NCBI GenBank assembly: GCA_964016885.1
Contig: CAXHJY010001642.1
Location: forward strand, 34,860 to 98,859
Length of the DNA stretch: 64,000 nt
Source: Eledone cirrhosa
Lineage: Eukaryota
Direction: 5' to 3'
Under the pieces are notes generated by a model. It ran no database searches. It saw only the letters and a program-made list of their open reading frames with translations, and had not been told where the DNA came from. Shown here piece after piece: positions 29,338-44,752 of this stretch (the first letter of the stretch is position 1; each line of letters begins with the position of its first letter). A program made the position numbers and the translations under genes.

Positions 29338-29760
29338 GAACCAAATAAATATATATATTTTTTTAAAAATAAGACTCTAGTTGCATTTTCGATTTCATCA
29401 ATTTTTCTTTATACTTTCACTCGTGTAGGACACCTCGGTTATTTTTCATTTTGTAAAAAAAACCTCACTTTCTAATATATATAAATATATATATATAAAT
29501 ATACATATATATACATATATATATATATATAAATATACATATATATACATATATATATATAAATATACATATATATATACACATATATATATATAAATAC
29601 ACATATATATACATATATAAATATATATATAAATATACATATATAAATATACACATATATATATATATACATATATATATATGTATATATATATATATAC
29701 ATATATATATATACATATATAAATATACACATATAAATATACACATATATATATATATAC

Positions 29761-29803
<43 letters not shown>

Positions 29804-29804
29804 C

Positions 29805-29879
<75 letters not shown>

Positions 29880-29888
29880 TATATATAC

Positions 29889-29989
<101 letters not shown>

Positions 29990-30017
29990 TATGTATATAT
30001 ACATATATATATATATT

Positions 30018-30077
<60 letters not shown>

Positions 30078-30292
30078 AATATATACATATATAGTATTAA
30101 GGATACTATTTATGGTTATGTATATACTAAAACTTTTTATAGTTATATATATTTTAAGCCCTAAACAGTGAAAGACTGTAATTTATTACTACCTTATTAC
30201 CAGTAAGATAAATAGCTCAATGTAATAACATCAGTTGTTCTACAGAGCAGTTATATAGAAATTACATGAATCAAATTTCTGTTCAAACCATT

Positions 30293-30345
30293 TATTAGCT
30301 TACAATTGTTTCGTCCAAACCCAGGTTTGGAGTCTTCGGAGTAAT
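30293..30345 (-). ncRNA. HHR (one core mismatch) in an inverted pLTR
   Basis: Minus strand: CcGAAGA cTCCAAAC ctgg GTTTGGAc GAAA CAATTG TA AGCTAATAAA. Confidence 0.6.
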
Positions 30346-30439
30346 TTTTCAATGATTGTTTACATACATGACCTCCTTTCCAACACAAGAGACATACAGA
30401 AACATATGTATATATCGATGCAGAGTGGGGTGACATCCA

Positions 30440-30925
30440 TTGTAATATTTTTGCATGGCAATATAAATTATCTAATAGCAATCCTACGTGTAATGCATCA
30501 CCACTTGAGCCAACCAATAACACCCGGAAGTGTAATTGTAGAGTAAGTGCTAACTGCCCTTTAAACGGTAACTGCCTTTCTAAGAACATTGTCTATGCTT
30601 GCGAAGTTACAACTAATTCCTCTAATAGAACTTATATAGGCTCCACATCTAACTCTTTTAAGACTAGATTTAACTCCCATATCTCCAATTTCAAACATGT
30701 TAGGTTTAAGAATTCCACTTCTTTAGCACATTATATCGGGATCTTAAGGGAGCTAATATACCATATAGCCTTAACTGGCGTTTAGTAGCACGCTCTAACC
30801 ACCTTTCTACACATACTAAGTTTTGTAATCTCTGCATCCTTGAGACACACTATATAATTTTCTCTAGCGTACCCTTACTTAATAGAAAGTCTGAGATATT
30901 CTCCTCTTGCCCCCACGCTATTTCT
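30440..30925 (+). pseudogene. PLE GIY-YIG endonuclease, 5'-truncated and frameshifted
   Basis: CNCRVSANCPLNGNCLSKNIVYACEV...TYIGSTSNSFKTRFNSH...TSLAHYI...CNLCILE...LLNRKSE...CPH. Confidence 0.85.
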
Positions 30926-31884
30926 AATTCATACTTTTATTATAAACCTAAACGTTCTAGTAGTACAAATTGTACCCATTAGCTGATATATTCCATTATT
31001 TATTTTTAGTTTAGGTTCCTTTGTTTGCCAACGTCATTATTATTATCATCATTATTACCATTGGTTTTTGATGACTCTTTATTTTAGCTCTCATAATCTT
31101 TTGGCTACTGTACCACATCTGTCTTCTAACGCATTAGATTTTCACTATTACACCTTTTGAATTATATAAGATTATATATTTTACGCTATTTATTTTATTT
31201 TTATTTTTATTTTTATTTTTATTTTTACTTTCATTTTTATTTTTATTCGGATTCTTCTTTGGATAACCCCCCCCCCCATGCGCACATAAACTTATTGTCA
31301 TCCCCTCCAAATTGACTATTATTATATTTAACACCCCCCTCTTTTACGCTCCTTTCTATTAAGTAATGTAGTATATCGACTATATTTATGCCCCTTTCAT
31401 CCTCCATATATTTCTCCATTTCTGTCCCTATTGGCCTACCTTAATTCTGCTTAAGTCATTTTTTAGGTATCGTTATGTATATGATAGGAAAACATTTTCA
31501 TTCCTTTTTGTAAACATTTGTAACGAAATATTAATGTTTATAAACTTTAATTACTTAAACTATAGCTAATATTATACTGCCTTATTAGATAGTTTAAATA
31601 TTTTTAATATTAATTTATCAAATAGGGTTTTCGAGTCATTTTCACGTGTTATTTCCTTAGGGTTTACTTAAATACTTAACTGCATGTGAGACCTAAATGC
31701 ATACATTTGTTTTTGTTTTTTAATCTCCGGGTGATTCTATTTATTTATTTATTTATTTTATTCTATATTTTATACTGTATATTTTATTAATATTGTGCAT
31801 TGCATTTACTGTCTGGCATTTACTCACTCATCCATATATATGTATGTCTACCAACCTTGTAATTATAAGTAATTATATATTATA

Positions 31885-32879
31885 CTAGCAGTAAAGCCCG
31901 GCGTTGCTCGGGGTCGCTCAGTAGCTGTGTTAAAGTTACAATGTTAAGTTTCTTTCTTGGCTTAAAAACTGTAGTGTCTACTGTGCAGACTTGCATGTGG
32001 TGTTTTTGATTAATATTCCCTCAACCAACAATATGCCTTATGAAGTTAAGAAAACATAACGATAACCCGAATGTTATAACAAAAGAGGATGCTGGGGATA
32101 GAAACTGCACTGGTTATTTATTAACAAAGATCGAAAATGTAAACACTGCAACGCAGAGAAAAACATTAGCGTAACCAAATTATCAGTTATGTCTGTCCGC
32201 ACGCCTATATCACCTCTCTGCACGACTGTCTGTCTGCACGCCTATATCACCTCTCTGCACGACTGTCTGTCTGCACGCCTATATCACCTCTCTGCACGAC
32301 TGTCTGTCTGCACGCCTATATCACCTCTCTGCACGACTATCTGTCTGCACGCGTATATCACCTCTCTGCACGACTGTCTGTCTGCACGACTGTCTGTCTG
32401 CACGCCTAACGACGAAATATTTGCTTGTTTTACGTAGTCTTTAAATAGACTTGTTTTCAAGTAAAAATATTGTTTTAAAATGCTTTTAAATGGAAATGAA
32501 GCAAAACGGAAGCTTAGTGTTCGAACTGATGAATTTTGCAGGTCAATATTTTGCTGGCTCGACAACTGTTCGTTCGTGTATTGTGTTAATGTCATTTTAC
32601 ACGCTGAGAAAGCCAGCGTAATTTTTTACGTAAGACGCTCAATGTAAACAGAACAAAGGGAAATAACTGATAACTTACGCTCAAAAATCGATACATTATA
32701 TTCGATTTCGTCACATAGGGTGGGTCAATTTGAAATATTTTTTTTCCGATGTCTTCGCTAGGGCTCAATGTACAAGTATAGCAATTTCGGTGCAATTCCG
32801 TGAGAGATTCTAAGAGGAGATGTGTGCCAAAAATCGATAGACAGACAGATAACCACAGTTTTATATATATATATATAGA
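31885..32879 (-). mobile_element. Non-autonomous Helitron with an internal 37-bp minisatellite
   Basis: Minus strand starts A|TC with (CTGT)n near the 5' end and finishes with a CCCG..CGGG hairpin then CTAG|T. Confidence 0.85.
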
Positions 32880-33452
32880 TTATGTCAACTTATTGTATAT
32901 AATATATTATATTATATTGTATTTTTTATTGTAATATTGATCCTTATCACTTACCGTTAATTCGGTGGATTGGCAGTATCGGTAGAGGGTCGGACGCCAT
33001 GCTTTGACGCATAGAGTTACGGCCCTTGCCATTCTGAGTTCAAATCCCGCCGAGGTTGACTTTGCCTTTCATCCTTACGGGGTCGATAAAATAAAGTACC
33101 AGTAATACACTGGGTAATTGCTGGCCTTGTGCCAAAAGTAGAAACAGTTAATTATATGTAACATTATGATATGTTAAACTTTATATATCATGTAGGATCT
33201 TTGTATTTTTGTACCAACAAAATTCCTTTGGGGATATTGTACAATTTATTTATTTTTCCTCGCCTACTCTGTAACCCAATATGAACTGATTTGTTAACTT
33301 ATATATTGTTGATTATAAGTGTTAGTATATTGTATATTATACGTCTTGGTATGTTATATTATATTATAATTATATTATTATTGTGACATCTATATTGTTT
33401 GTGTAAATTAACCGGAGATTATCCATTATATTATATTGTATTATATAGTATA

Positions 33453-34449
33453 CTAGCAGTAAAGCCCGGCGTTGCTCGGGGTTGCTCAGTAGCTGTGTTA
33501 AAGTTACAATGTTAAGTTTCTTTTTTGGCTTAAAAACTGTAGTGTCTACTGTGCAGACTTGCATGTGGTGTTTTTGATTAATATTCCCTCAACCAACAAT
33601 ATGCCTTATGAAGTTAAGAAAACATAACGATAACCCGAATGTTATAACAAAAGAGGATGCTGGGGATAAAAACTGCACTGGTTATTTATTAACAAAGATC
33701 GAAAATGTAAACACTGCAACGCAGAGAAAAACATTAGCGTAACCAAATTATCAGTTATGTCTGTCTGCACGCCTATATCACCTCTCTGCACGACTGTCTG
33801 TCTGCACGCCTATATCACCTCTCTGCACGACTGTCTGTCTGCACGCCTATATCACCTCTCTGCACTACTGTCTGTCTGCACGCCTATATCACCTCTCTGC
33901 ACGACTGTCTGTCTGCACGCGTATATCACCTCTCTGCACGACTGTCTGTCTGCACGACTGTCTGTCTGCACGGCTGTCTGTCTGCACGCCTAACGACGAA
34001 ATATTTGCTTGTTTTACGTAGTCTTTAAATAGACTTATTTTCAAGTAAAAATATTGTTTTAAAATGCTTTTAAATGGAAATGAAGCAAAACGGAAGCTTA
34101 GTGTTCGAACTGATGAATTTTGCAGGTCAATATTTTGCTGGCTCGACAACTGTTCGTGTATTGTGTTAATGTCATTTTAAACGCTGAGAAAGCCAGCGTA
34201 ATTTTTTACGTAAGACGCTCAATGTAAACAGAACAAAGGGAAATAACTGATAACTTACGCTCAAAAATCGATACATTATATTCGATTTCGTCACATAGGG
34301 TGGGTCAATTTGAAATATTTTTTTTCCGATGTCTTCGCTAGGGCTCAATGTACAAGTATAGCAATTTCGGTGCAATTCCGTGAGAGATTCTAAGAGGAGA
34401 TGTGTGCCAAAAATCGATAGACAGACAACCACAGTTTTATATATATAGA
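33453..34449 (-). mobile_element. Second, near-identical copy of the same Helitron
   Basis: Same termini and internal sequence as 31885-32879, different flanks. Confidence 0.85.
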
Positions 34450-35100
34450 TAATTGTATTGTTTATTATTGATTATATATACTACTTATAATTATATCATA
34501 TTATTACCCCATGTATATTGGGTAGATGTATTTGTATTATCATTATTATTATTCTCATTCCTATCATGCTCATTTTCATATTCAAACTCTTGATAAGGTT
34601 AAATTTGTGGAGTTGAAGATAGATGTGTGTATTGTTGTAGGTGTATGTGTGTGTGTGTGCACACATATATACATATGCATAATGTACCTTTTGATTTTCC
34701 ATTGTAACTTTAATGTTGGTAAAGGTATAATTATATTATATTACATTATATTATATATGATTCCTGATCTATATAACCACTTTTGTCTAGCTCTAGGTTT
34801 TTTTTGCTTTGGACTATATTTGTAATATGGTTCTTAATGTCACATACATCCTTAGTAATTTTCAACAATCTGAGTTCAAATCCCGCCGAGGTTGACTTTG
34901 CCTTTCATCCTTACGGGGTCGATAAAATAAAGTACCAGTAATGCACTGGATAATTGCTGGCCTTGTGCCTAAAGTAGAAACAATTATATATTTTTATTAT
35001 TTTTATTATATATTTTTGCAATACTTTAGTATATGTACACTCCATATTCTTCGGAGCTTCTGGCTTGTATCTGCCGTTATTACTTCTTGTTGTTTGAATT

Positions 35101-35138
35101 GCCCTGATGAGTCCTTAATAGGACGAAACATTGTCGGC
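35101..35138 (+). ncRNA. Canonical minimal type I HHR
   Basis: GCC CTGATGA GTCC ttaata GGAC GAAA C att G TC GGC, followed by AATAAA. Confidence 0.88.
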
Positions 35139-35321
35139 TAATAAAGACTTTTGATGTATTGAAGGCTTCTTTGTTTTACTCTCTTAATTTTTCGGCTCTG
35201 TTTAACTACATTGAGCTATATCCTTTTACTGTCATTTCTATAATACGAAGAGGGTGTTTAACTCCAACACGCTCCAGTATTTTAACCTTTATATATATAT
35301 ATATGTATATAAATTTATATA

Positions 35322-35419
<98 letters not shown>

Positions 35420-36157
35420 TATATGTAAGTATGTATACGTACAGACATATATGTATACAGACGTACAGTAGTATGTATATATATACATACAGGCACACAC
35501 ATATATATTTATATACATATATATATGTCTTTACATACGAAAAGACAAAACTGAATACACTTTAGATGGCAGATATTTCATTCGAAGCAGAGATGTCATG
35601 AATCATGTCGCAGCGTTTTACATCCCCGATTATTCAAGCGATTGTAGATGATTATATAAAAGCAAAAATGTTAGTAAACACATCAAAATATGATAATACA
35701 TCAAAATTTGATAGGTAGCTCTCTCAAACAAAATGTTAGGAAGTAGAGTACACATTCATCTCTTTAAGTGTCATTTATAGAATGGGTGATATAGTCATCA
35801 CCGTGGTATTTTCCTGTCTTCAGTATGTGATAAGCCTATAAAAGAATACTACACGAAATACGGTTTACATAGACACACATATAAACTCTCTCTCAAATAC
35901 TCATCTATCGATAATATTCTCTTCTTTATCTTTTTGTCTCTCTTTACACATACACACACACACACACACACATATATATGTGTGTGTGTGTGTGAGAGTG
36001 TGTATGTTAGGGCCGCCTGTATACGTATGTATATATACATGTACATTATAATATGCATATAGATATACATACATATGCATAAGTACTATATGGTATGTAC
36101 AAGCGTACACAGATGCACAATGCGCACACACATATGACTAGAGAGAGAGAGAGAGAT

Positions 36158-36274
<117 letters not shown>

Positions 36275-36880
36275 AAACGTGATAGAATTAGTTAGATAGA
36301 TATCATTCTTTATTATAATTGTTTCTACTTTTGGCACAAGGCCACCAATTAACTCACTGCATTACTGGTACTCACTGCATTACTGGTACTTTATTTTATC
36401 GACCCCGTAAGGATGAAAGACAAAGTTAACCTTGGCACGATTTGAACACAGACCGCAAAGGGACGTAACTCTATGCAACAAAGTATGGCGTCCTACCCTC
36501 TACCGATACTGCAAATCCACCGCCTTAGAGATAGATAGACATCTAGAAAGCTAGTTTGGCAGGTAGGTGGATAGAGAGAAACATATATATATAGATAGAT
36601 AGATAAATAGAGAGAGATAGATAAAACAATGGATGATAGAATGAAGGAGGTATAATTTAAATGAATGAAAAAGTACAATTAAAGCTGTGTATTGTTTAGT
36701 TCATAGGAAAACAAACAAACAATTGCGTTGTTTCGACAATGGAATTATGTCAAGTGTGTAATGTAACAATAAAGTAAAATAATATCTCAAATATTCAAAC
36801 ATGTTTTGAATAACAGCACAATCGGTACAGTATATGGAAGGAATATATTAGGTTAACATTTGAAATAGCAGGAAAAGGGG

Positions 36881-36913
36881 TTTAACGTTTCGGATGCTAG
36901 TCCTTCATCAGAA
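36881..36913 (-). ncRNA. Minimal HHR core (PLE-type)
   Basis: Minus strand: CTGATGA aGGA ctagca TCC GAAA CGTT AA; stem I is weak. Confidence 0.55.
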
Positions 36914-37143
36914 GAAAGAATGAGAGATAAGACGGATTGAGGGGACAGGCGGGTTGGCATTGGAAAAAACTGTCTTTAGATAAAAATAACAGGTCCATTC
37001 ATGTTGACATCTCTTGCAAAACAGCCTCTTTTAAGCCATGTCAGTAGAATGAGTCCCTCATTCTTGCTCTTGTGCCAACACAAGATAAAAAAACGAATCG
37101 AATATTATTATTGATATTCGAAAAACTCAGATTACACACACAC

Positions 37144-38293
<1,150 letters not shown>

Positions 38294-39569
38294 CTTTGCC
38301 TATCTTAGAAATTTACCATTATATCTAATCTAGATTCTATAATAAATAGACGCACTGATTTATTTTCTATCTGCTTGCATAAATTCCACAGAACATTCCA
38401 TAAAGTATACAGCTAATATCTAATACTTTACTAGTTTAAAATCCCTTTTCTCAAAGGCTTATATATATATTTTTTAAATATACCCATCTTTCTACCTTAT
38501 TTCAATATTATTTATTATATATTATATAATAGAAGTTACTCATTCTATATCATTCCTCTTTATCACTTTCCTTTCTTCCTCTTTTCTTTTTTCTTTTTAA
38601 TTTCTAACCTCTAATCTGTACTTTTTCTTCCTAACTACTTCTCAATTTTTATTATTACTCACCACAACATATCCACTCTTCCATCTTTCTTCATATCATT
38701 GGCCATAAAAATTATTATTATCTTTTAAATACATTATAGTATTACCTTTAATAGTCCTTCGTAAACATAAACATTTTTTGACGTTAGATCTTTCTTCCTT
38801 AAGTTCCTTATCTCTTCCTTTCATGCTTGTTTGACTTTTACATATTACATATTACAATACATAAAAACAAACTTAAACCCTAACTAATTTCCTTTAATAT
38901 ATTATATTATTACCATTAAAAAATATTTCGTAAACATATATATTTTGATGTTAGATATTTTCTTCCTTAAACATTCATTTCTTCTTTGCTTTCTGCGCTG
39001 ATTTTTAAACAAACTATTTACATATATTACGCACACATATTACATTACATAAAAACAAACTTAAACACTAACTAATTCCTCTAAATTCATAACTCATCCA
39101 CTCATCTACTTCTTTTCACATTATATCCTTAATAACATTAATATTTTAATTTTAATAATACATATTAACAATTTCTTTTCCTCGCACATGTTATTAAACC
39201 CTTCAACATACAAACCTTAATTTAATATTATTCTTAACCTCTTTTTCTCTTCATCAACTTTTAATTTCAAATTCTTTTAAATTATCTATTATCTTCCAAC
39301 GGCTTTTTAACTTCTCTCTGTGAGACAATATATATTTTTCTCAGTTGTAAAGGCTATCTCTCTCTCTCTATCACCCATCTCTTCTCTCTCATCCTTCTTT
39401 CTTATACTCCTCTCCCACCATTCTTTACTCTCATCTCCTCCTCTTCCTTACCCTTTCCACCCCCTCACTTTTTCCCAATATCACACATCAATCTTAAATT
39501 ATTTTTCATATGTTGATTTAAAACTTCACTATTCACAAGTGTTTTTTAACCTTCATATCATGTATCCCT

Positions 39570-39638
39570 ATTTTATCTGATGAAAACGCAGATATCATCT
39601 CATGATGATATTTGTTTTTGAAATGCGCATAATAAAAT
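39570..39638 (+). ncRNA. Type I HHR with long stem II and palindromic stem III
   Basis: ATTTTAT CTGATGA [~16-bp stem II] GAAA TGCGCA TA ATAAAAT. Confidence 0.8.
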
Positions 39639-39847
39639 GCTTGGAACTCTTTCAACCATCTTTTGATCTTATATTATATATACATATATATATATATGTA
39701 TCACAGTGGGCAACCATAAGTGGCTAGAAATACCGGTGACGTGTACAATTCTTGACCACTCATAGAATGACAACAACATGATCTAAATCAATAAACGAAG
39801 AAATTCGATGTTAAAGGACTATAGGAAAATCTGCTTCGTAGAATCAA

Positions 39848-39943
39848 GACGTATCTGACGTCCGTGTTGATTTCAGAGTGAGGTGTGATCACCATATCGA
39901 TCGTGCCTCGAGCTGGTCGCCCGAGAAACATTTGTAATATGTC
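39848..39943 (+). ncRNA. Degenerate HHR
   Basis: 7-bp stem I GACGTAT/ATATGTC, core CTGACGt, GAAAC attt GTA, then AATAAA. Confidence 0.5.
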
Positions 39944-41743
39944 CAATAAATTCCTTTCGTCGCAACACTGATTTTCATTTTTCTGTTATATCATACTCTG
40001 CTCTACGAGGGCATTGAGTGCTCATATGGCTTACTGCATACGGACACTTTAAGCATTCAACATCAATTATATATATATATATAGAATCATTAGATAAAAT
40101 ATATACATTATTTCTCCTCCCAATCAGCATAAATCAACCACACTCATTTAAACGAGGCTATAAGTTTCAAATGTACTTATGAAGAAACAATAGATAAATG
40201 ATATAGCTTCTTATGCGCGACTTATAGCTACAAAAAATTTACCTAATATTTCTATTAGCCGGTAAAAGTTGACTAGACATATAGTTAACTATACATTCAA
40301 AAGACATATAGTTAACTATACGTTCAAAATCAAAGTTAGAAGAACAAATGTACATAAACCTTACCAAAATCATCAAAATATCTCTACAACCCGGCGGTTT
40401 TATTCCATTTTTGGCTATATCCGATCTTGGATAAATCAACGAGGTTTGGAAATCATCAGGAGATAACTCAATTGGACAAAGATTTTTCTACCATGATCCC
40501 CGCCAGAAACGAATTCAAAATGGCTAAGAATCAACACGTGGCCAGTGGTCAAGGCAGAAAGTTTGTGATTGGCGCCTGTCGGCGAGTAGGCTGGTTGCTA
40601 GAAAGCGCAGCCGAATACTGCCTAAAGTTTTACTCAACCTTACGGGAGTATATAAAATTTAAAGGGCATATACTTATAAACTAGACAGTCATAGATACAT
40701 ATATATGTTTTTGGCAACCATTCACGGTGTGGCTCAATGAAGAATTAATTAAATAATTAATAATCAGAGCAATATATAAAAAAGTAAGTCCATAGAATCA
40801 TTTGATAAAATATATACAGTATTTCTCCTCCCAATCAGCATAAATTAATCACACAAAATATCATTTAAACAAGGCTATAAGTTAAAAAAAAATATATATT
40901 TTCAGAGAGAGAAAGATTTATATATCATTTGAGAAACACAGTGTTTTGTACACATATATAATTGTTTCTATTTTTGGCACAAGGCCAGCAATTATCCAGT
41001 ACATTACTGGTACACATATAAATACAAATAATTGTTTCTACTTTTGGCACAAGGCCAGCAATTACCCAGTACATTACTGGTACTTTATTTTATCGACCCC
41101 ATAAGGATGAAAGGCAAAGTTAACCTCGGCGGGATTTGAACTCAGACCATAAAGGGCCGTAACTCTTTGCTGCAAAGCATGGCGTCTAGCCCTCTACCGA
41201 TACTGCCAATCCACCGATATATAATACAAATAATTGTTTCTATTATTGGCACAAGGCCAGCAATTACCCAGTACATTACTGGTACTTTATTTTATCGACC
41301 TCGTAAGGATGAAAGGCAAAGTTAACCTCACAGGAAAAATATATATACTTAACATGGAAAAAACTTGATTTCCTGACAGTACTGTATCCTAGTTACAAGA
41401 GATGCCAGCTAAGCAACTAAGTGGAAATCGATCTAATCAATCGGTTATCGATTACCAACTATCGATTATGTATATTTATTTCAGAATATTATTTGTATTA
41501 TAGATGTGTACAAAATACTGTGTTTCTGAAATGATATATAACTATTTCTCTCTCTCTCGGAACATATCTTTTACATTTGATTTATTGATGCCCTGAATTA
41601 AGGTTCATTTAGCTTATTTGAAGAGTAACACGGTTATCATACACATTAAATATATTTTGGTACCTTATGTGTGTGTAAATATATATATATATACAGTATA
41701 TATATGTATCTGTGTGTGTGTGTGTGTGTGTGTGGTATTAATA

Positions 41744-41777
<34 letters not shown>

Positions 41778-41811
41778 ACATACATACATACACACATACA
41801 TGCATACACAA

Positions 41812-41842
<31 letters not shown>

Positions 41843-42003
41843 CATATTACTAACAACAATAAAGATGTCATGTCTGAAAAATTAATGTCAGGTATTTAAA
41901 CTTTAAATATATCGCCCTTTGGATTTATATGTCTTTACATACGTTAAAAATTATCTCCTGTTAAAATTTGATATATTCATGTATTTGTCATCGTTTTTTA
42001 ATT

Positions 42004-42140
<137 letters not shown>

Positions 42141-42466
42141 GGTAAGTTATTCCGGGTTGAATCGGAAGTAACCACAGTAAGTAAGGTACTCAATACATTG
42201 CAGAGTATAAAAGTTTTAATATAGATGAGATTCTACAGGACTAGAACTGTTTCATTCTTTAGAAATTATCAGGAATATATATATACAAAGAAAGTGTATT
42301 AAGGTACCAGGCAGACCATAACGCACCAGAGTACTCGATATTTAGGGTAGTAGAGTAGGTAATAGGAAAAGAGTCAGGACCCCGGTCGATTCGAAAAGGC
42401 CGGAGCTCATCCGTCGGGGTCCTGACGCTTTTCCTATATATATATATAATATATAAAGATTTTTCA

Positions 42467-42540
<74 letters not shown>

Positions 42541-42554
<14 letters not shown>

Positions 42555-42835
42555 ATACATGTTTATCCTGGGTTCAATCGAGGGTAACCACAGTAAGTAA
42601 GGTACTCAATACATAGCAGAGTATAAAAATTTAATATAAAAATGGCTTCTACAGGACTAGAACTGTTACATTCGGGAGAAATCATCAGGCTTTCCTCACG
42701 ATTTCTCCCGAATGAAACAGTTCTAGTCCTGTAGAAGCCATTTTTATATTAAATATTATACTCTGCTATGTATTGAGTACCTTACTTACTGTGGTTACCC
42801 TCGATTGAACCCAGGATAAACATGTATATACATAC

Positions 42836-42842
<7 letters not shown>
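42541..42842. mobile_element. Fold-back element family B (~145-bp arms)
   Basis: Near-perfect palindrome centred at ~42691, just beside a CTGATGA-TTTC..GAAT-GAAA core; no clear stem I. Confidence 0.85.
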
Positions 42843-42923
<81 letters not shown>

Positions 42924-42926
<3 letters not shown>

Positions 42927-43832
42927 TTCCACTCACTCACTCACTGTTTCTCCTCTCCTCACTTCACCCCGTTCGCGAAGAAAGCAATTTCTCTCTTTCT
43001 CACATTTGAATTCGTTCGTGAAAGGTCTTTTTTCTAAGCGCTCATATATTCACCTAGCTTATGCTAACAGAATAACTATGAAGCTTGTCTCCTTCCTTCT
43101 ACGGTTAGCTCTACTCTTTGTTGTTTTCTTGTCTCACTCGCTTTACGCGTTTTAATTGTCCTAATAACTTAATTTAGTTATTATTGCACCGACGTGAGGT
43201 ATATGATTTTTAATGCAATGAAATATCTATGATCGTCGGCAAATCACTGATGAGGGACTTATTTTATTACATGTTATCCATGTGCTACCAGCAGTATTTT
43301 TCTCCCCATTTTATTACATATATTTACCCAAACTGCGATTCTGTTTTTCTCTCTCTCTCTCTCTCTCTTACTGCACCCTCTTTCCCTCTGTTTCTCCTAC
43401 TTTCTTTCGCCCCCTCTGTCATGTCAGTTAACTCTTCCTCACACTTCCACTCACTCACTCACTGTTTCTCCTCTCCTCACTTCACCCCGTTCGCGAAGAA
43501 AGCAATTTCTCTCTTTTCTCACATTGCATTCGTTCGTGAAAGGTCTTTTTTCTAAGCGCTCATATATTCACCTAGCTTATGCTAACATAATAACTATGAA
43601 GCTTGTCTCCTTCCTCCTACGGTTAGCTCTACTCTTTGTTGTTTTCTTGTCTCACTCGCTTTACGCGTTTTAATTGTCCTAATAACTTAATTTAGTTATT
43701 ATTGCACCGACGTGAGGTATATGATTTTTAATGCAATGAAATATCTATGATCGTCGGCAAATCACTGATGAGGGACTTATTTTATTACATGTTATCCATG
43801 TGCTACCAGCAGTATTTTTCTCCCCATTTTAT

Positions 43833-43838
<6 letters not shown>
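42924..43838 (+). mobile_element. Tandem ~518-bp unit (1.8 copies) between (TA)n arrays, with degenerate HHR
   Basis: Repeat starts at 42924 and 43442; AATCA CTGATGA GGG...CCC AAACTGCGATT (43242-43340). Confidence 0.75.
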
Positions 43839-43873
<35 letters not shown>

Positions 43874-44721
43874 GAAAATAGAGAAATTAATGTGAGCAAG
43901 AAGCCAACAGTAATATATATATATATATATATGATAATTGAAAATTCTTTACAGAAGACCGGCATCTCTTCAACGTATGTTCCTCGCTATTATGAACACC
44001 CACCAACTGCAGTCTGATGATTGAACAGGCCTTGTTTAGGTAACCTTTTATAGACCCTTCCCATGTAGTATGGGTGAACAGTGCGTCGCCAAAAAAAGGA
44101 ATGCCCAGACGCTCAAGACTCCACAGAAGCACGTTGCTGTTCAGGTTAACAGTGCAGCAGAGTTAGGAAAAGACTTGAGCCGCTCACTTGTAGATTTGTG
44201 ACTATGTGCTTCTATCTGGTCGAGTCTGCACATGTTGCCCCTCCTCCACTGCTATACAGAAATACCTGTACATAAAGATGGCAATAGTAGGTGCACACAA
44301 CACCCACTCCATCCTCGCAAATATGTGTCCAGTGACAAGCCAAGGTAAGATAACAAGACAGTTATAAAGGTCGCATGTGTTACTATCTTAGAGTTTAACA
44401 TTTCCAAGATGTGTAGCCGTATTCACAATGCTTGGCCAATTGCTGGTTGGTGAGGCTATTTAAACTACAATGGTGTGGATGGTTGTTGATTCTGTTCAGG
44501 TCATCCGTACTTTGACATCTCCTGTTTTTATGTTGCTGGGTTTCCACTTACTCTCTTCATCAGACCAAATTCTGGCAAGGGAGCCGGTATAGTCTCCGAC
44601 AACCCGAACATGAAGCGGGTAATACTGAGTTACATGGTACCTGTAGTAGACAGAGATCTGACCTGATATATATACATACATACTTACATACATACACACA
44701 CGCACACACACACACACATAT

Positions 44722-44752
<31 letters not shown>

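Noticed and set aside
32190-32407. Regular 37-bp repeats as a CRISPR-like array
   Set aside because: Head-to-tail minisatellite without unique spacers, inside a Helitron, in eukaryotic DNA.
42655-42735. Family B core as a complete hammerhead
   Set aside because: CTGATGA, stem II and GAAA are present but no stem I pairing was found; kept only as HHR-like.
43950-44645. Possible LINE fragment or exon
   Set aside because: Only vague endonuclease-like residues; not supportable without a database search.
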